A stretch of 64,000 nucleotides of DNA from Tubiluchus corallicola. Its lineage: Eukaryota > Animalia > Priapulida. Positions 1-35,318 of this stretch are shown here, piece by piece. Every line of letters starts with the position of its first letter. Position 1 is the stretch's first letter. The notes under the pieces were generated by a model that was given only the letters and a program-made list of their open reading frames with translations, had not been told where the DNA came from and made no database searches. The stretch is from assembly GCA_030141605.1 (NCBI GenBank), contig JAQGDQ010000003.1:930001-994000 (forward strand), read 5' to 3'. The translations under genes and the position numbers were made by a program.

Positions 1-196
1 GATAACTTTGAGTTACCTTTTACGTAACATAGGTATATTACACGTAACACGTAAAGTAATTTATCAGCCAATATTATATTGTTATAATTTTATTTTTCTC
101 AATAAATCATCAGTGAACTTTTGTACTTCACTATGTTGTTGTTGCTGCGTGTTCTATTTTTTTTGTAAAACGCATTAAATGGCTTACTTATTTGCA

Positions 197-256
197 GACT
201 GACTGACTGACTGATTTACTTACTTACCTACTTACTTGCTTACTTACTTACGTACG

Positions 257-354
<98 letters not shown>
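197..354. repeat. (GACT)n/(TTAC)n tetranucleotide microsatellite
   Basis: Direct reading: gactgactgactga followed by a long tacttacttac run. Confidence 0.95.
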
Positions 355-1184
355 ATAACGACAACAGCTGCAACAGCAACAACAATAACAACAACAGGAA
401 CAATTTCTACAACGACAATGACAACGAAAAGGACAGCAGGTTCGCTTTATATTAAACTTTGTAGGCCGACGCTGAATTTTGTTTATAAAATTACCTAGCT
501 TATATAAGGTAGTAAGAAAGTCCAAGAATCCGTAATTATCACAGTTTGAGCCATATAGTGAAGTTGGAAAAGCTTATTGCTGTTAGTAGAGACCTGCGAC
601 AATCTCGAATTCGAGCGCTTCGATAGCTCAGAAGGATCAAAGGTTTATTTACTTACTGCCATACGAATTAATACAAGAGAACTGTAAATATTAGCCTGTA
701 GGGGCTTGACATTTATCTACAGCATTTATGCTACATTGATACTGAATAATCAAGTATATCAGAATAAGACTTTTATTTTTTGCATTTAAATTTTCTCCTT
801 TTCGCAGTCGTCAGCAAGAGAATGCTACAAGCCACTTAAACCTGTAGCTACTCTAATTAACTTTGTATAGAGGAACAGGCCTACACTGTTGCTGAACACT
901 AATGAAAATGAATTCTGAATGTTTTCGCATAATAAGCACTTCAATAGTGACTGCAAAACACGTGTTTACTGTATTATGTATAAAAGAAATAAAGCAATGT
1001 TTTAGCATTTTTGAAATTATACATCCCGATTAATTTGAGTTCAATAAACTCCTAATAATTGTCGCCCAAACCAGTGCAAGGCCTGTATACACTTACCCGG
1101 CTATGCGATATAATCAGGCAAATGCGTTACATACATTTTTATCTTACTATACTGATTTCGTAAGTATTCCTGATCAGCCGTTAT

Positions 1185-1494
1185 GGCGCGTTCAGACTAT
1201 TGAGTTTCTTGTTAAGTAAATTAGCCAAGTAACTCGCAAGCGTGTTCAGGCCTAGAGAGCAAAACTTGGTGCGACTTACCTTCCGACAGTAAGCGCGAAC
1301 AGACACTCACTTCTCTTGTCCTAGCAAGAAGTATCGAGAGTAACTCGACGAGGCGTTCGCAGTGGGCAGTAAATCAACTCGCAGCAACTGAAGGAGTTTG
1401 TAATAATTTCATTAACTTGCCAACAGTAACTCGCAAAATAGTTCACATTTGTGAGTTTGCTGTCAGGGAGAAAACTCGATAGTCGGGTTAGCGT
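1185..1494. mobile_element. Putative MITE with degenerate terminal inverted repeats
   Basis: Left gcgttcagactattgagtttc resembles the reverse complement of right gaaaactcgatagtcgggttagcg; internal repeated taactcgc; no ORF. Confidence 0.45.
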
Positions 1495-1531
1495 ATATTA
1501 TATTATACTCTTTATGTTGCTTTATTTTTAG

Positions 1532-23148
<21,617 letters not shown>

Positions 23149-24049
23149 TAGAATTTCCCTGTTGTCAGAATTTTACAGACGCACAATAGAAACTGCTTGT
23201 AAGACTAGCAAAACAAAAATATTCATCAAAAATGGGGAGTTTATTTTTGTAACGTTATTTAATATTTCTTTAAGCTTAATAACTAGTAGCAAAATATAAT
23301 AAACAAATAATTAGGGCCCACTAATGTTTTCTCCAAATATGGTAAGAATGTTTTAAGTGCACTTGCAACCATATATACAGCCGTAAAAAATTGGATAGGC
23401 CTACATCTCTGAATTATTTATAGCATATATACAGATGTTTGCATATTGCAGCATTACTGATATTGTAATTAAAATGAATGTTCGAATTTCCAAATTTCCA
23501 CACAAATTTTGCTATTAGAATCTGGTTCAGCACGTCTTTCATCAAGGCAGCAGGGTAGGTTTAACCCAGGTTTACCAGCTTAAGGAGAACTGCATTCAAA
23601 AGATATGATATTTTGAGTTTTGAAGTAAAGGAAACTTTGTCTGCAAACAAAGGAATGAAAAATTATGTTAAAAACCACTGACGTGTGCAAGGAATTAGTT
23701 TATAATTAAAGTTTAAGTCCCAGCAATCTGTAGCTATAATATTGTGATAAATTACATTGATGCTTTTTTTATTTTCAAGTAGTGAGATGCCAATAAAAAT
23801 TAGTTTTGTATGTTTTTGTTGTAAATTAAAATGAGCGATATAACAATCAGATTTAGCTTGTAGTAATGTAACATCCTATCTATTATATAGTTTATAGTTG
23901 ATTAGACCCTAAACTGTATAAATAAAACATACTTTAGCGCCAAAATGATCAATTATGATCAATCGACGGTCTTAGGAGTGGAGATCTGCCAACGAGTTTT
24001 CAAGCTGCTGTGTGGGATAGAACTAGCGCCCACTGGATAGTCCTTGAAT

Positions 24050-24450
24050 ATGCCTAGTCTGAGAATGCCATAAAACTACTCATTATACTTTACTGCAATC
24101 TATTAAGCGGTTGCAAACTTTTAAAGAGATTTATCAGCTGGTCACCTCTAATGGTCGATCAGCTAAGTTGACAGTGATCTTAAAAACGACTTTTGTCGCT
24201 TTATCGAGATTTCAATAACGATTTTCTGAACTCTAATTTGGTTGACGCATCTCCAACTGAAGTCTGGATAATTACCGACTGAAATTTTGGTATTATTTTG
24301 TTTGCATAGTAATGACTGAAGAAATAAATAATAGTTAGCGACATTATTAGTTTTTTCCATAAAAGCTAGTTGGTGAGCAAGAATTCGCTGGACAGTTGAG
24401 AGAGTTAGCAATCTAAAACTGGTCACAGCTGAAAATAGCGCATGTGATGG
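24050..24450 (-). mobile_element. Possible degenerate LINE endonuclease remnant
   Basis: Minus-strand fragments ISVGNYPDFSW (cf. GDFNYPDIDW) and IRGDQLINLF (cf. TRGNNILDL) in broken frames. Confidence 0.3.
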
Positions 24451-26900
24451 AATTTTTGTCGATTCAGTAGTTGTAATTGGATGACCAGAGTTGGTCGGTA
24501 GCGGCTAGACTAAAGTAACAGTTGCTCGAATTACATTTCACAACATCATTTAGTACGTATGTTAGTGGTATAACAGACAATGATAGCTTTGGTAAGGTGT
24601 TCAGTTTTTAGCAATTATATTTTAGTAATCGTGTAAATAAATAGTGTTTAAATCAATCGTTACGCGTTTCCTGTGTGTTTTCAACGTAGGCCTATAATTT
24701 CTTGTTGGTAGACAAGAAACAGCTTTAAAATAGTAACTGGTGATTTATTATTTATCCAAAAAATCTATTCATTCATGTAGGTTTAAATAATTACATTTCG
24801 CGTTGTAATCGTTTCTCAATTTAATAATTGTTTTAAGCAGCTATATTTCTATAATCTATGCAATAATTTAATTAATGGCTATATGATAAAAGTGTTTATA
24901 GTAAGCTGAGTAATATGCTTTAAACTACTGGCGTTTTTGCATTCAAAAATGTTCTACGTAATTATAATGTAGTCTCGTTTATTTTGTTAATTATGCACGT
25001 GGCTATGTAATTAGGTCTTGGGAAGTTCAATACCACAATAAATATTATTAAGTTTTAAATAACGTCAGTTAAATGTATTTATGATACATCTTTGTTATAC
25101 ATGAATTTTGCGCCGGTTTCTTAGTTTTTGTGATGAATGCTACCGTCGAAGAATATTACGGTGATGAAGCAGGACCTGTTGGGTGACTGCAATTGAAAAA
25201 AATGAAAGTGATCGTATTTTTTAAATTCTCTCTCTTTGTGTGTGTGTCGCTTCCTCTCTTGCGCTCTCTTTCTCCCTGTCTGTCTGTCTGTTTTCTTATT
25301 TCTTTCTCGTATATGCATGAGAGGAAATGGTGCTGACCAGTAACAATCAGTAGTAGTGTCCGTAATCAGTGGGAATGAGTGGCTTATTGGTATAAGTAAC
25401 CATGACCTACCTGTAGGACTAGGTGACTCAACTTTTTTCTACGCATAATCAAAGACGTGTTCAATGATTTGGACACATCCGCTATCCCCAAGTAAGCCTT
25501 TTTTCCAATAATGTAACATAAGTTTGTTGGAATAACACAATGTGACGCAGCATTTATTTATTTGGTACCAGAACAACAACAACAACGTATTTAGTATTGA
25601 ATAGAATGGAGAGCCATAAAACCAAGTCCTGCATAAAGTGCAAAAGATAATTATTCTAACACAAACAGCGTGCACTGCATCGCAGTTTGAATCTAATAAG
25701 GCGAGGGTGAACAGTCGAGTGATACAGACTTATGCTTCGCGTTCAAAGTTAAGCAATGCCGAGGCGATCATTGGTTAGTTCATGACAGCCTGCGTTCGAT
25801 ACTCGCACTGGGAAATTTAATTTGCTATATTGCTTGTGACTTTTTACCTCAATAAGGGAGGATGTATATCATCCGAATATTGGCAAGACACCTCTGGCAA
25901 TCCAGTGGCTCATACTGTCCACGTATGCTCATAAAAATTCTCAATATTTAAATTATAACAATATGCATCAGTAGATTTTTTATTTAAGTTTTCAACGCAT
26001 TTTTGCGCTAGCCGTACTTGGTTTGCCACCTTTTTTGTCACTCAGTGCTACCCACTGATCCATATCAATTACGTAGTGTCTTTGTGGCTATATAATTAAC
26101 ATCTATTGAAGTGTGTGTACCAGTTCCATACAGTGAGCATTAATTAAACAGTTAAAGATGTCTTTTTAAAGATAGCAAAAATGTCTTTTTTTAATATGAT
26201 CAACAATAGCTCATATTAATCAACAAAACTTTATTTGTACTTTACACTACACAAGAATATTCCACGTAATACTTTTTCCCAAAATTGACCACTTATAACA
26301 ACTTTCGATACTTTTGGGATTCAGGACTCTAGCAACAATATGTCTGTATGAGATATGTATAGTTTGTCCAACCTATTTCATTGTGAGTTCAGGAGACATT
26401 TTCCTAATTTTACAAGACGCTAAAACATGGCGATTTACAAACTACATGAGTAGTACTAGAATAATTCCCGGTTGAACAATGATAAAACGTAGAAAAAATT
26501 ATTCATTTGAAGCTGAGTCATCAATGATAACAAGGAACACCATCAAGTATCAAGTATTAGTTCTCCTAGGTTACAAAAGTAACTTTATTTACAGATGACA
26601 ACGCAAAGCATTTTGTACATAGCTTATTTCGGCTAGTGTTAAATTGATTATAATGGAGAATACTTGAAACCTTAAGAGCTGTGGAATACTTACACAGTTA
26701 TTAAATAACCATTTCATTGCATGATAACATTCAAAGTCGTTAATGTTAATTTTATAACAATTTAAATTCAGTAATTTTGTTAAAGATGTACATACAGAAA
26801 ACAATGTATTAAAATAAAATCAAAACGTTAACAATAATTACATCTGACATCTCAACGAGACCACTTTTGGAATTTTCTGAACAAGGGCAGCCTTCTCCGA

Positions 26901-27593
26901 TTACCATGTGTGGAGGTATGCGTTACCCGGTATTCCTAGTTTCCGGTACAAGTGAGATCCATAAGGTAGATACGTTTGATGAAATTGGTGTGGAAATATT
27001 GGCGAATGGACGTGATCATACGGAAATCTCACTCCATCAACTCGATAGTGCAGTGTCTGTTGTGAGTTGTAACCTCCACCGCCACCGCTGCCTGTAAATG
27101 AGAAGTCAAATGTTCGTTATTTGACTAATTGACTCGTTTTACCCATTCAATAATTATTATGGATATAATTATAAAGCAACAAACATTTTATATGTTTTGA
27201 TGTTTGTCCCACAATTTTTCATAGCGTTTACTCTACCAGGATAAACTAGTGTGGGAGAAGTTACCATTTAACTAAAAAAAAACTTTCATTCATTCTCCTC
27301 TGCCATGGAACAAACTATACGTGTCCACGTGTTTTATGTACATATCCATTGTCGTTAAATAATTAACAATTGCTTTTTAGTGCTATAATTCAATTTCCGG
27401 TGTGACGACTGCTCACAAGCTATTTCTAACAATATTATTATTAAAAAGTCCCGCAATAAAAAATTGAAAAGCGCGACAGTTTAGAAATTCAATCACCTCT
27501 GCATTACCTTCAATTCTTCATACCTACTATTGTACTAAACACGTCCGTTACTTACATGGTATTCTTACTATTATGTTATTAGTTATCTTTTGT

Positions 27594-27662
<69 letters not shown>

Positions 27663-27960
27663 TGTGGTTAATATGTGATTATGTTAGAAATGATTTTCTG
27701 CAATTTGAAAAAAGTGTGGTATTTCAGTACAGCAGTGTATGCTATATACATTGCTGTACTAAAATACCACACTTTTTCAAATTCGTTTATTGCGATTCTT
27801 TTTTATCAAGTTCTGTTTTGTCATGAAACAGTTAATAACAGTCATGTCATAACAATTCCGTTGGTACTACATTTAAAATATAGAGCAGCAGTAGTTGACA
27901 CTTACCGTAGGCCAAGCAAGCCAATAGAAGGCACAAGCTCAAAGTTAAAAGCCACTTCAT
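26901..27960 (-). CDS. Uncharacterised 81-aa secreted His/Tyr/Gly/Pro-rich peptide (gene A)
   Basis: Exon 1 27960-27906 (MKWLLTLSLCLLLACLAY + G, donor gtaagt) and exon 2 27091-26901 (acceptor tttacag) join in phase 1: MKWLLTLSLCLLLACLAYGSGGGGGYNSQQTLHYRVDGVRFPYDHVHSPIFPHQFHQTYLPYGSHLYRKLGIPGNAYLHTW*; AATAAA on minus at 26584-26589; tail paralogous to gene B. Confidence 0.85.
27595..27658. repeat. (CT)n microsatellite in gene A intron
   Basis: Direct reading. Confidence 0.97.
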
Positions 27961-29537
27961 TGTTCACGAGTTATCTGTCAACGGCTTCTGAAGACAAAGT
28001 GACAATTTTTCGACAGTTTCACAACCTACATAGCAGCAGATGACATCATTGTTACAGTTCAGTAAAGCTGATGAGATTGGATGACTTATCTAGGTCTTTC
28101 ATGATCATAATGCCAATTTAAATTTTATTGATGCGCGTTGATGATTCTGTCGTTCTGTCAATTTTTGTTTTTGTGCCATGGTCAGCTGTAAAAACTTTTA
28201 CGTAATTTTGATGGGTGCAATAAAGTGAAATTACTACCGTAATAATAGTTATTGCACATGTTTCTTTTTGAAACTTCCTAGGCACAATGATTTTTGGTAT
28301 CATGTACTTTACCAACACATATAAGCATATAATAATCTTACAATTGCATGGTCCTTTTCATAAATGCATTAAATCAGTGCAAGACTTATTTCAGTCAGGG
28401 TAATTAATTTACAAATTACGGTTTGTTTGGCTTTCTAGAAACACGTTTCTGCTACACCTAAGGGCTGTTTTTACAGTTACGAAAAGAAAATCTGAGTAGC
28501 TTTTACGTATAATATCGAAATAAAGATACCTCAGAATAGCAGTAAAAAACCGCTGTTCACTTTTACCATAATACCTAGCTCATAATTTTTTGTTCCATTG
28601 ATAGCATATTCTAGTCTGTCATTATAATAACGTAACTTAACATTTAGTTTTCAAGTGAAAGTGTTTTATAGAGCGTGTAGAACCGCAACGTGACAACAAT
28701 GTAAATTATAAAATCTGAGTTCATCCGAGCCGTGTCATTCCGTGACGATGCTTGTAGCGCGTCCTAAAATTTTATCATTCCGTTTAATCAATATAGGCGA
28801 CAATGATTAAAATCTACATGCTTTTGGTATTGGCCAACTGGCCTACATAAGTTGATGGAAAATATATGAAAGTGAAGGTTAGACAGTTGCTTATTGCGAT
28901 CACGTAGGTGTATCACTGGGACAGTTTTATAATACGCTCAACCTACTCATACCAATTTTGAGTAGCTGGATCGGCACTTGTCAAATTTTGAAGCCTATGA
29001 AAAGCCCGTTTTCACCAGAAAAACTGTTTCCTGAATTTACCAAAAATACTTTTCGTTATATATATATAACGAAACTATATAAATAGTTTTAATGCCAAAT
29101 TGATCGTTCGAATTTTTAGGTCGCACCTTGTTTTTCGCAACTGATTTTATTTTACAAAAAGGTTATTAGTTAACCTAAACTTTAGGTTTGTTTTTAAAGA
29201 AAATATCGGAAAGCATGCACGCATGGTGTGTTTTGGGTCACTTTTACTGGAGTTGTGGTAAAGCGACTTTGTGAGCAAGGCTGAAATTGATTGCTTTTTT
29301 ATACAGATTGACGAAATTCAGCCACATGAGACAAGTAAGAAACTGTGACTAGAAATACAGGTCTTTAGAAATGAAATTCTTAATGATACTTTATTATTGA
29401 TGAAATTAAATTTAATTGAAGCTTTTATTGCAGAATCACATAAAGAATAACAACAGTTCTGCGTAACATATGTGCTATATCACAGCAACAACAAATAATG
29501 GTCCTTGCAAACAACACTTATATACATGTATATATTA

Positions 29538-29589
29538 TACACACACACACGCATGGACGCACGTACGCAGGCACGCACGCACACACACG

Positions 29590-29659
<70 letters not shown>
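29538..29659. repeat. (CA)n microsatellite
   Basis: Direct reading. Confidence 0.97.
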
Positions 29660-29661
<2 letters not shown>

Positions 29662-30154
29662 TATATATAAGCAATCAGGAGCACAAGATTTTTTATCAAG
29701 ACAGACTGAATACGACAGACACTGTATATAATATTCCAACTATTTTACTCTGAGAGTTTTCGGTACATGATTTCGTGATGGAAAGAGGTATTTGTTCAGA
29801 TTCGTATCGAGAGAATTGAGATTGTAGTTGACAAGAAAACAATTCGCTGATAATCAGACCTATAACTAGTTTGATAATAAAAAATGACGAGCTTGCAATA
29901 CTGTTTGCAGTTTTACAGTGTTGCCTTTTACAATACAGCCACTGATTCTTCATCTAGTGGTGACGATTATCACTGCATCTCGTTATGCCCCTATAGCTCT
30001 TGGGGTGTTCTGGAACTGCAGCAGAAAATTATTCAGATACGGATTCCATCGCTGAACCAGTCTTTGTTGATATCGCCAGCATTGGACATGCAACTCCAGT
30101 ACCCAACAAATCATAAATGTGTAGTTTTACCGACATAACCAGCAGCAAAATAAA

Positions 30155-30457
30155 GGCAGCCACTGATGTCTTCTTGCCTTCAGTGCAGCCACTGATATCC
30201 TCTTGCCTTCGGTGCAACCACTGATGTCTTCTTGTCTTCAGTGCAACCACTGATTTCTTTTTGACTCCGGCGCAGCCACTGATGTCCTCTTGCCTTTAGT
30301 GTAGCCACTGACACCCCTTGCCTTCAGTGCAGCCACTGACGCCCTCTGCCTTCGGTGCTACCACTGATGTCCTCTTGCCTTCAGTGCAGCCACTGACGTC
30401 CTCTGCCTTCAGTGCAGCCACTGACGTACTCTTGCCTGCAGTGGAGCCACTGATGTC
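30155..30457. repeat. 28-29 bp minisatellite, about 11 units, consensus cagtgcagccactgatgtcctcttgcctt
   Basis: Head-to-tail units; the consensus contains the inverted repeat tcagtg-cagc-cactga. Confidence 0.92.
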
Positions 30458-30658
30458 ATTTTGTGGAAAACTTATTTTCAAAGAACACGAGACCCTCAAT
30501 CTCACCTTGGAAGCTGCATCAGTTTCGTTACGTATCTTTTCGTTACTTTCATTACATATAATAATCTCTGACATATAGATGTAGATTGTTTTTACAGGGG
30601 AGATTAAAGCCCATGGCTTGCCTTGTCTGTTGAATTTAAAGCCGACTTTAAGTAAAGG

Positions 30659-30825
<167 letters not shown>

Positions 30826-32050
30826 CAGCACGTCAAGTCTGTTACCTTCGAAGGATTGCCGTTAAACTGTATTCATCTGTTCCTCGTATTTTTGCGTGTT
30901 GAGTTTGGCATGGATTGAATTTCTGCTGAATAATTTAAATTAATTTCCGGTGAAACTTGCAACTATGACTAACTTATTACAAACTAGTCCATATCAGCTT
31001 AACCGTACTAATATTTTTAAAATTGCAAAAGTAAAAACTGCTGTATAAGAAAAGTTTCTATGTTATCCAATAGTTATTTCAAATCAATGAATATTTTTGT
31101 GCTCGTAACATTTTGCCTCTTAGTTTAACGTGGCCGTCTTTTAGAAGCAGTACCGATAGGAGGGCCGTTTTATGAATAGATTTAACTATGGTGCTTTAAC
31201 AATTTTTTGCGGATGCATGTAAACATTAATTTTGACTAGCTTAGTCTATAGCTATAACAATAAAAATATCACTACATAGGAAAAGACTAGACAACTTCTG
31301 CTGTTTCATTGACAATGCAATAGCATAATTATCAAATATCGTTTCTTGCATAATTATCAAAACCGATAATTGTGATATCGAACAAAACTTATCTCTTTCA
31401 TTCGCAAACTTCATTGTTAATAAAACTTTTGTGAATTGACTACATTCAGTTCTTGCTGATAAAATTACTCGTTAAATTGGAGTTACAAATAAACGTAGAA
31501 TACCATTCCTACAACAAATCGTGTTGCACACATGTCAACATTTAACTTTCGGTTGTTAAATTATGATCAAAATGTGAATTATACTAACAAATGTATTTTT
31601 AAATGATAAAAAATTGCATTCAGAATTGTTGCCAGTGAGTCATATCTCACGCATAAAATATTATTATACAAGAAATATCAATTAAAATCACCAGTTTTAT
31701 TCGTAATTAGGTTTGTCTTTAATTCTCTATTCCATCTTATGTCATTTTTCTAAATTTTCCCTGACCTTACAAGGCATTATTTTACAGATTATGTTACTGA
31801 TTAAAAATTCAATGATCCGCCTAATGAAACTCCAGCGCCGCCTTTCAGAAACGTTTCATTTGGCTATTTCATTGGGTTTGCCGTCTACTGAACAGATCAA
31901 TTATCATCAGTTCATTACTATTTGACTTTGAAAATAAAGTAAAAGGAAGAACAAACAATATGTAAAAAATTAGTGTTATTTATTTCACTACAAATTTTTA
32001 ATCAAATTGCTATGAAATAACGAATGTTTAAACATTTATATATGTTGGAT

Positions 32051-35000
32051 TTACCAATGGTGTAAATAAGGATTTCCAGGAATCCCTAGCCCCCTGTAGA
32101 AATGTGAACCATATGGCAGATACGTTTGGTGAAATCTGTGCGGGAACAAAGGTTGGTGCACGCGGTCGTAAGGGAAGCGGACACCTTGAACATTGTAACG
32201 AAGAGGATAATTGTGCTCCTTGCGTTGATGATGGACACGTTGAGGGTATACCACTGGCCGGACTGCAACAACTTTAGTTGGCTGTTTCTCAATAGCTACT
32301 TCCTCTGGCAATTCTTCGACGACAGATACCTCAGTTGACGCTTTTTCGACATTTTGTGGTTTCACTTCCAGTTGTTCAGATGGTTTTTTGCATTTGGTGA
32401 AATCAAGAAATGGACCTGCGGTTGGTATCGCTTCGTGTTGTCGTATTGAGCCGCTGGCTTCGTGATAACTACCAGGCCTGTACGTGTAGATATGAAATTT
32501 CTGTATAAATTCTTGTTGCATTGCACATTAATGAGTGTATTAACAACAGTAAAATTAATAAAAGAGAAACAAGTGAAGCCACAGTGAAGCCACTTTTCAC
32601 AAGAATCGAGATGGCAAACTCAGTCAAAAGTGCGACCCTATTATGTTCGACAAGAATTGCTCTAAATGTTATTAAAATCAAAATAAGCACTTCAGCTTTT
32701 AATGAATATGACACTTCTACAAATTTATAGAAAATTCGGCATTTTATATTTGCATGAAATTTTGAATGGTTTGGATTATAGTATGTCAGTATATTCTGGC
32801 GTTTGAGGTTCAAAAATCACTTTAATTCCAATGTTCAGAAAACTAAAATTTGTTAGAAAGAACACCAATCCATTTCTGAGTAGTCAGTTTAACAGCAATA
32901 ATGCATAAATTCTAGCGCTAATTTTATCGATTTACCTGTCTGGTATTAGCAAAGTCACACCATCTAAATTAACATCCTCTTCTGTCCCGTCTCCTTTTAT
33001 TGGTTTAGTAAACGCTAGTTGCTGAACATCATCAAACCGTCTTGCACCTACTAGTTCACAATTTTGAATAGCATCTATCTTGGGTGGCGTAGCTCTATCT
33101 TCGTTATACCTTACGTGGTAAACACTAAGAATTAGTGCAGGGAATATCGTAAATATATATGCACAGTTTGAAGAGCAGAAGATTCTATTCCACAACATCT
33201 TTTGTTCATAATTAGTTTTCTGCGACAGTTTTATGCAGTTAAATTTGTTGCATGTATGGATACTTTAACAAATAAATAAAATAAAATAAAGCTCATCCAG
33301 TATGCCGCACAACCAAAAAGAGCAGCAGCCACGCAGGTGGCAGTCAGTTTTGAGAGTGCTATTTTTTTAGAAAGTTTTTGTAGTGCGCTTGCTGGAATTG
33401 AACCTTACGTAGGCAGATTGCTTTGCGCCAGGATAGCGGTGTCATTGTTAGCTTGCAAGACTAAAAAATCGACAGCTTGCTTATGTAACAGAAAAGTACT
33501 TTTTGCAAGCTCAGCGTTTAAAGACTACAGTGTTCTTTCACAAAATACAAAAACAATTAGGATTATACTTGCTAATTTAGTTTCAGCTTATATATACCTA
33601 CCCGTCAAAGATTGTGCCTTTACCATCACTTGTTACCCAACCATAGCAAACGTCGGATTCAGCCTGTATAAAACATTTCTGGTTTAATTTCATTAGATTA
33701 GCTTAATCTTCAATCTTGCACTTACAGATTAAAAGATCAACCACCTGCGTGCTAGTTTGGAGAGAGGAAAGTTTGAAATCTATTCTATATATAAAAGTCA
33801 TGCGTAATTAGTCTCACATTTAACTCTTATTGAGCTGCTCTGGAGTTAACCATGCTTCCCATGTTTATGCCTTGAGTGCTGGCTGGCCTCAGTGATTTGT
33901 TTACCTGCTGAGAGTTTAATTTCGTGTAGATTAAGTGCAATTATTATGGCTTCGCAAAAGTGAAGTTTGTATAAAACATTGCGAAAACTTATTTATGAAT
34001 AGAAAATTGCGAAAAGATGTATTGCAGAAAGCAAGATTGAGAAAAAACTGTCTCAAACAGGTTTGAAACCAAAAAAGTTGCAGAAAAGCAGTGTTAACTG
34101 ATATTTTAGAAAACAACTTTCTGCCTCAATCACACACATTTCATTCGAGCACCATAAAGCGTTTTAATCTAACATAGGGAAAACAAGTCCAGTGATATAA
34201 ATCGTATAAACACACGAAAGCAATGCTAAATTAGAAAAGTTTGTAAAAGTTTACACTACCACTGGAACTCGAACTCAGGCCTTCTGCTACCCGGCCAGCT
34301 ATGCTAGCCACTACAACCACAGAAACACTCATTATACTCATATACTCATTACTCACCTCCTCAACCTTTATTGTATTTGGGACTGACCTAAATGTGTGAC
34401 TGTTTACAGAAGTACACCAACCGAAAACTTTTTTTATCTCGGACTTTACTAGAAGTCCAGAGTTCTTAGGTCAGCAGATAAAATGGGATCGGAGGGAATT
34501 ATTGGGAAAATATATGTTAAGCTGAAACAAGCAAGGTATTAAAGTGCAAAAATGCAAGTTAGCTTGTAATAGCGTTCTGAGCATACTCTTCTTTTTAAAG
34601 ATACCGCGCGGTTGACAAAAGGTTACCGTTGGTGTACTTCAATGCTTTGCATGCAGTCTGCGTTACCATTTGTAAACCGTTCTTTGAAAAGCCGAGTCCA
34701 ACCCATCCAGCAGTGCGAACAGTCAAAATGAAGAACACTTTGCCGTCTTCTGGCTCCGGCCAATACTCGAGCGCGTAAGTTTGGTCCTTATTGATCCATG
34801 TTCCATGGCAATCAAGACCTAGTTAAATATGCAACAATAAATTATTTATCCAACAATCAAACAAACAATCAGTCAGTCAATCAGTCAGTGAGTCAGTAAT
34901 GTCAAAATTGGGTGTACTTCATCGGTGTACTACAACGATTTTAAGCCCATATGCCACACTCTTCTTCATCGCAGAATGGGTACATGCTTGCGGGTTGTCG

Positions 35001-35225
35001 TTGTTGTTGTGGACAGTTTGCAGTGACGACATGCGTATACTAGGCTACTGCATCCTGGGATGTTATGGCATGCAATGATTTTATACCTTTCTGTCTCGTC
35101 TGCACATTAGCTGAAGAAAACGTCGCAAAAATTCAAAAGTTTTTTGCTAAAAACAGGAACAACAACGCTAATAACTACTAGCATCCCATTCGTGAAGCGA
35201 AAATTGTCAGTTACTGAGAGAAAGA

Positions 35226-35318
<93 letters not shown>

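Noticed and set aside
26867-27097. Plus-strand 76-aa ORF
   Set aside because: Antisense shadow of gene A exon 2; the homology and splice signals are on the minus strand
30181-30440. Iron-responsive elements (CAGUGN)
   Set aside because: CAGTG lies in the stem of the inverted repeat rather than in an apical loop, and the array is not in an evident UTR
30155-30457. CRISPR-like array of palindromic 29-bp repeats
   Set aside because: Units are head-to-tail with no unique spacers, there are no cas genes, and the context is eukaryotic
32478-32521. N-terminus MQQEFIQKFHIYTY of the 156-aa ORF
   Set aside because: Intronic; the acceptor at 32478-32479 joins the DOMON exons in phase
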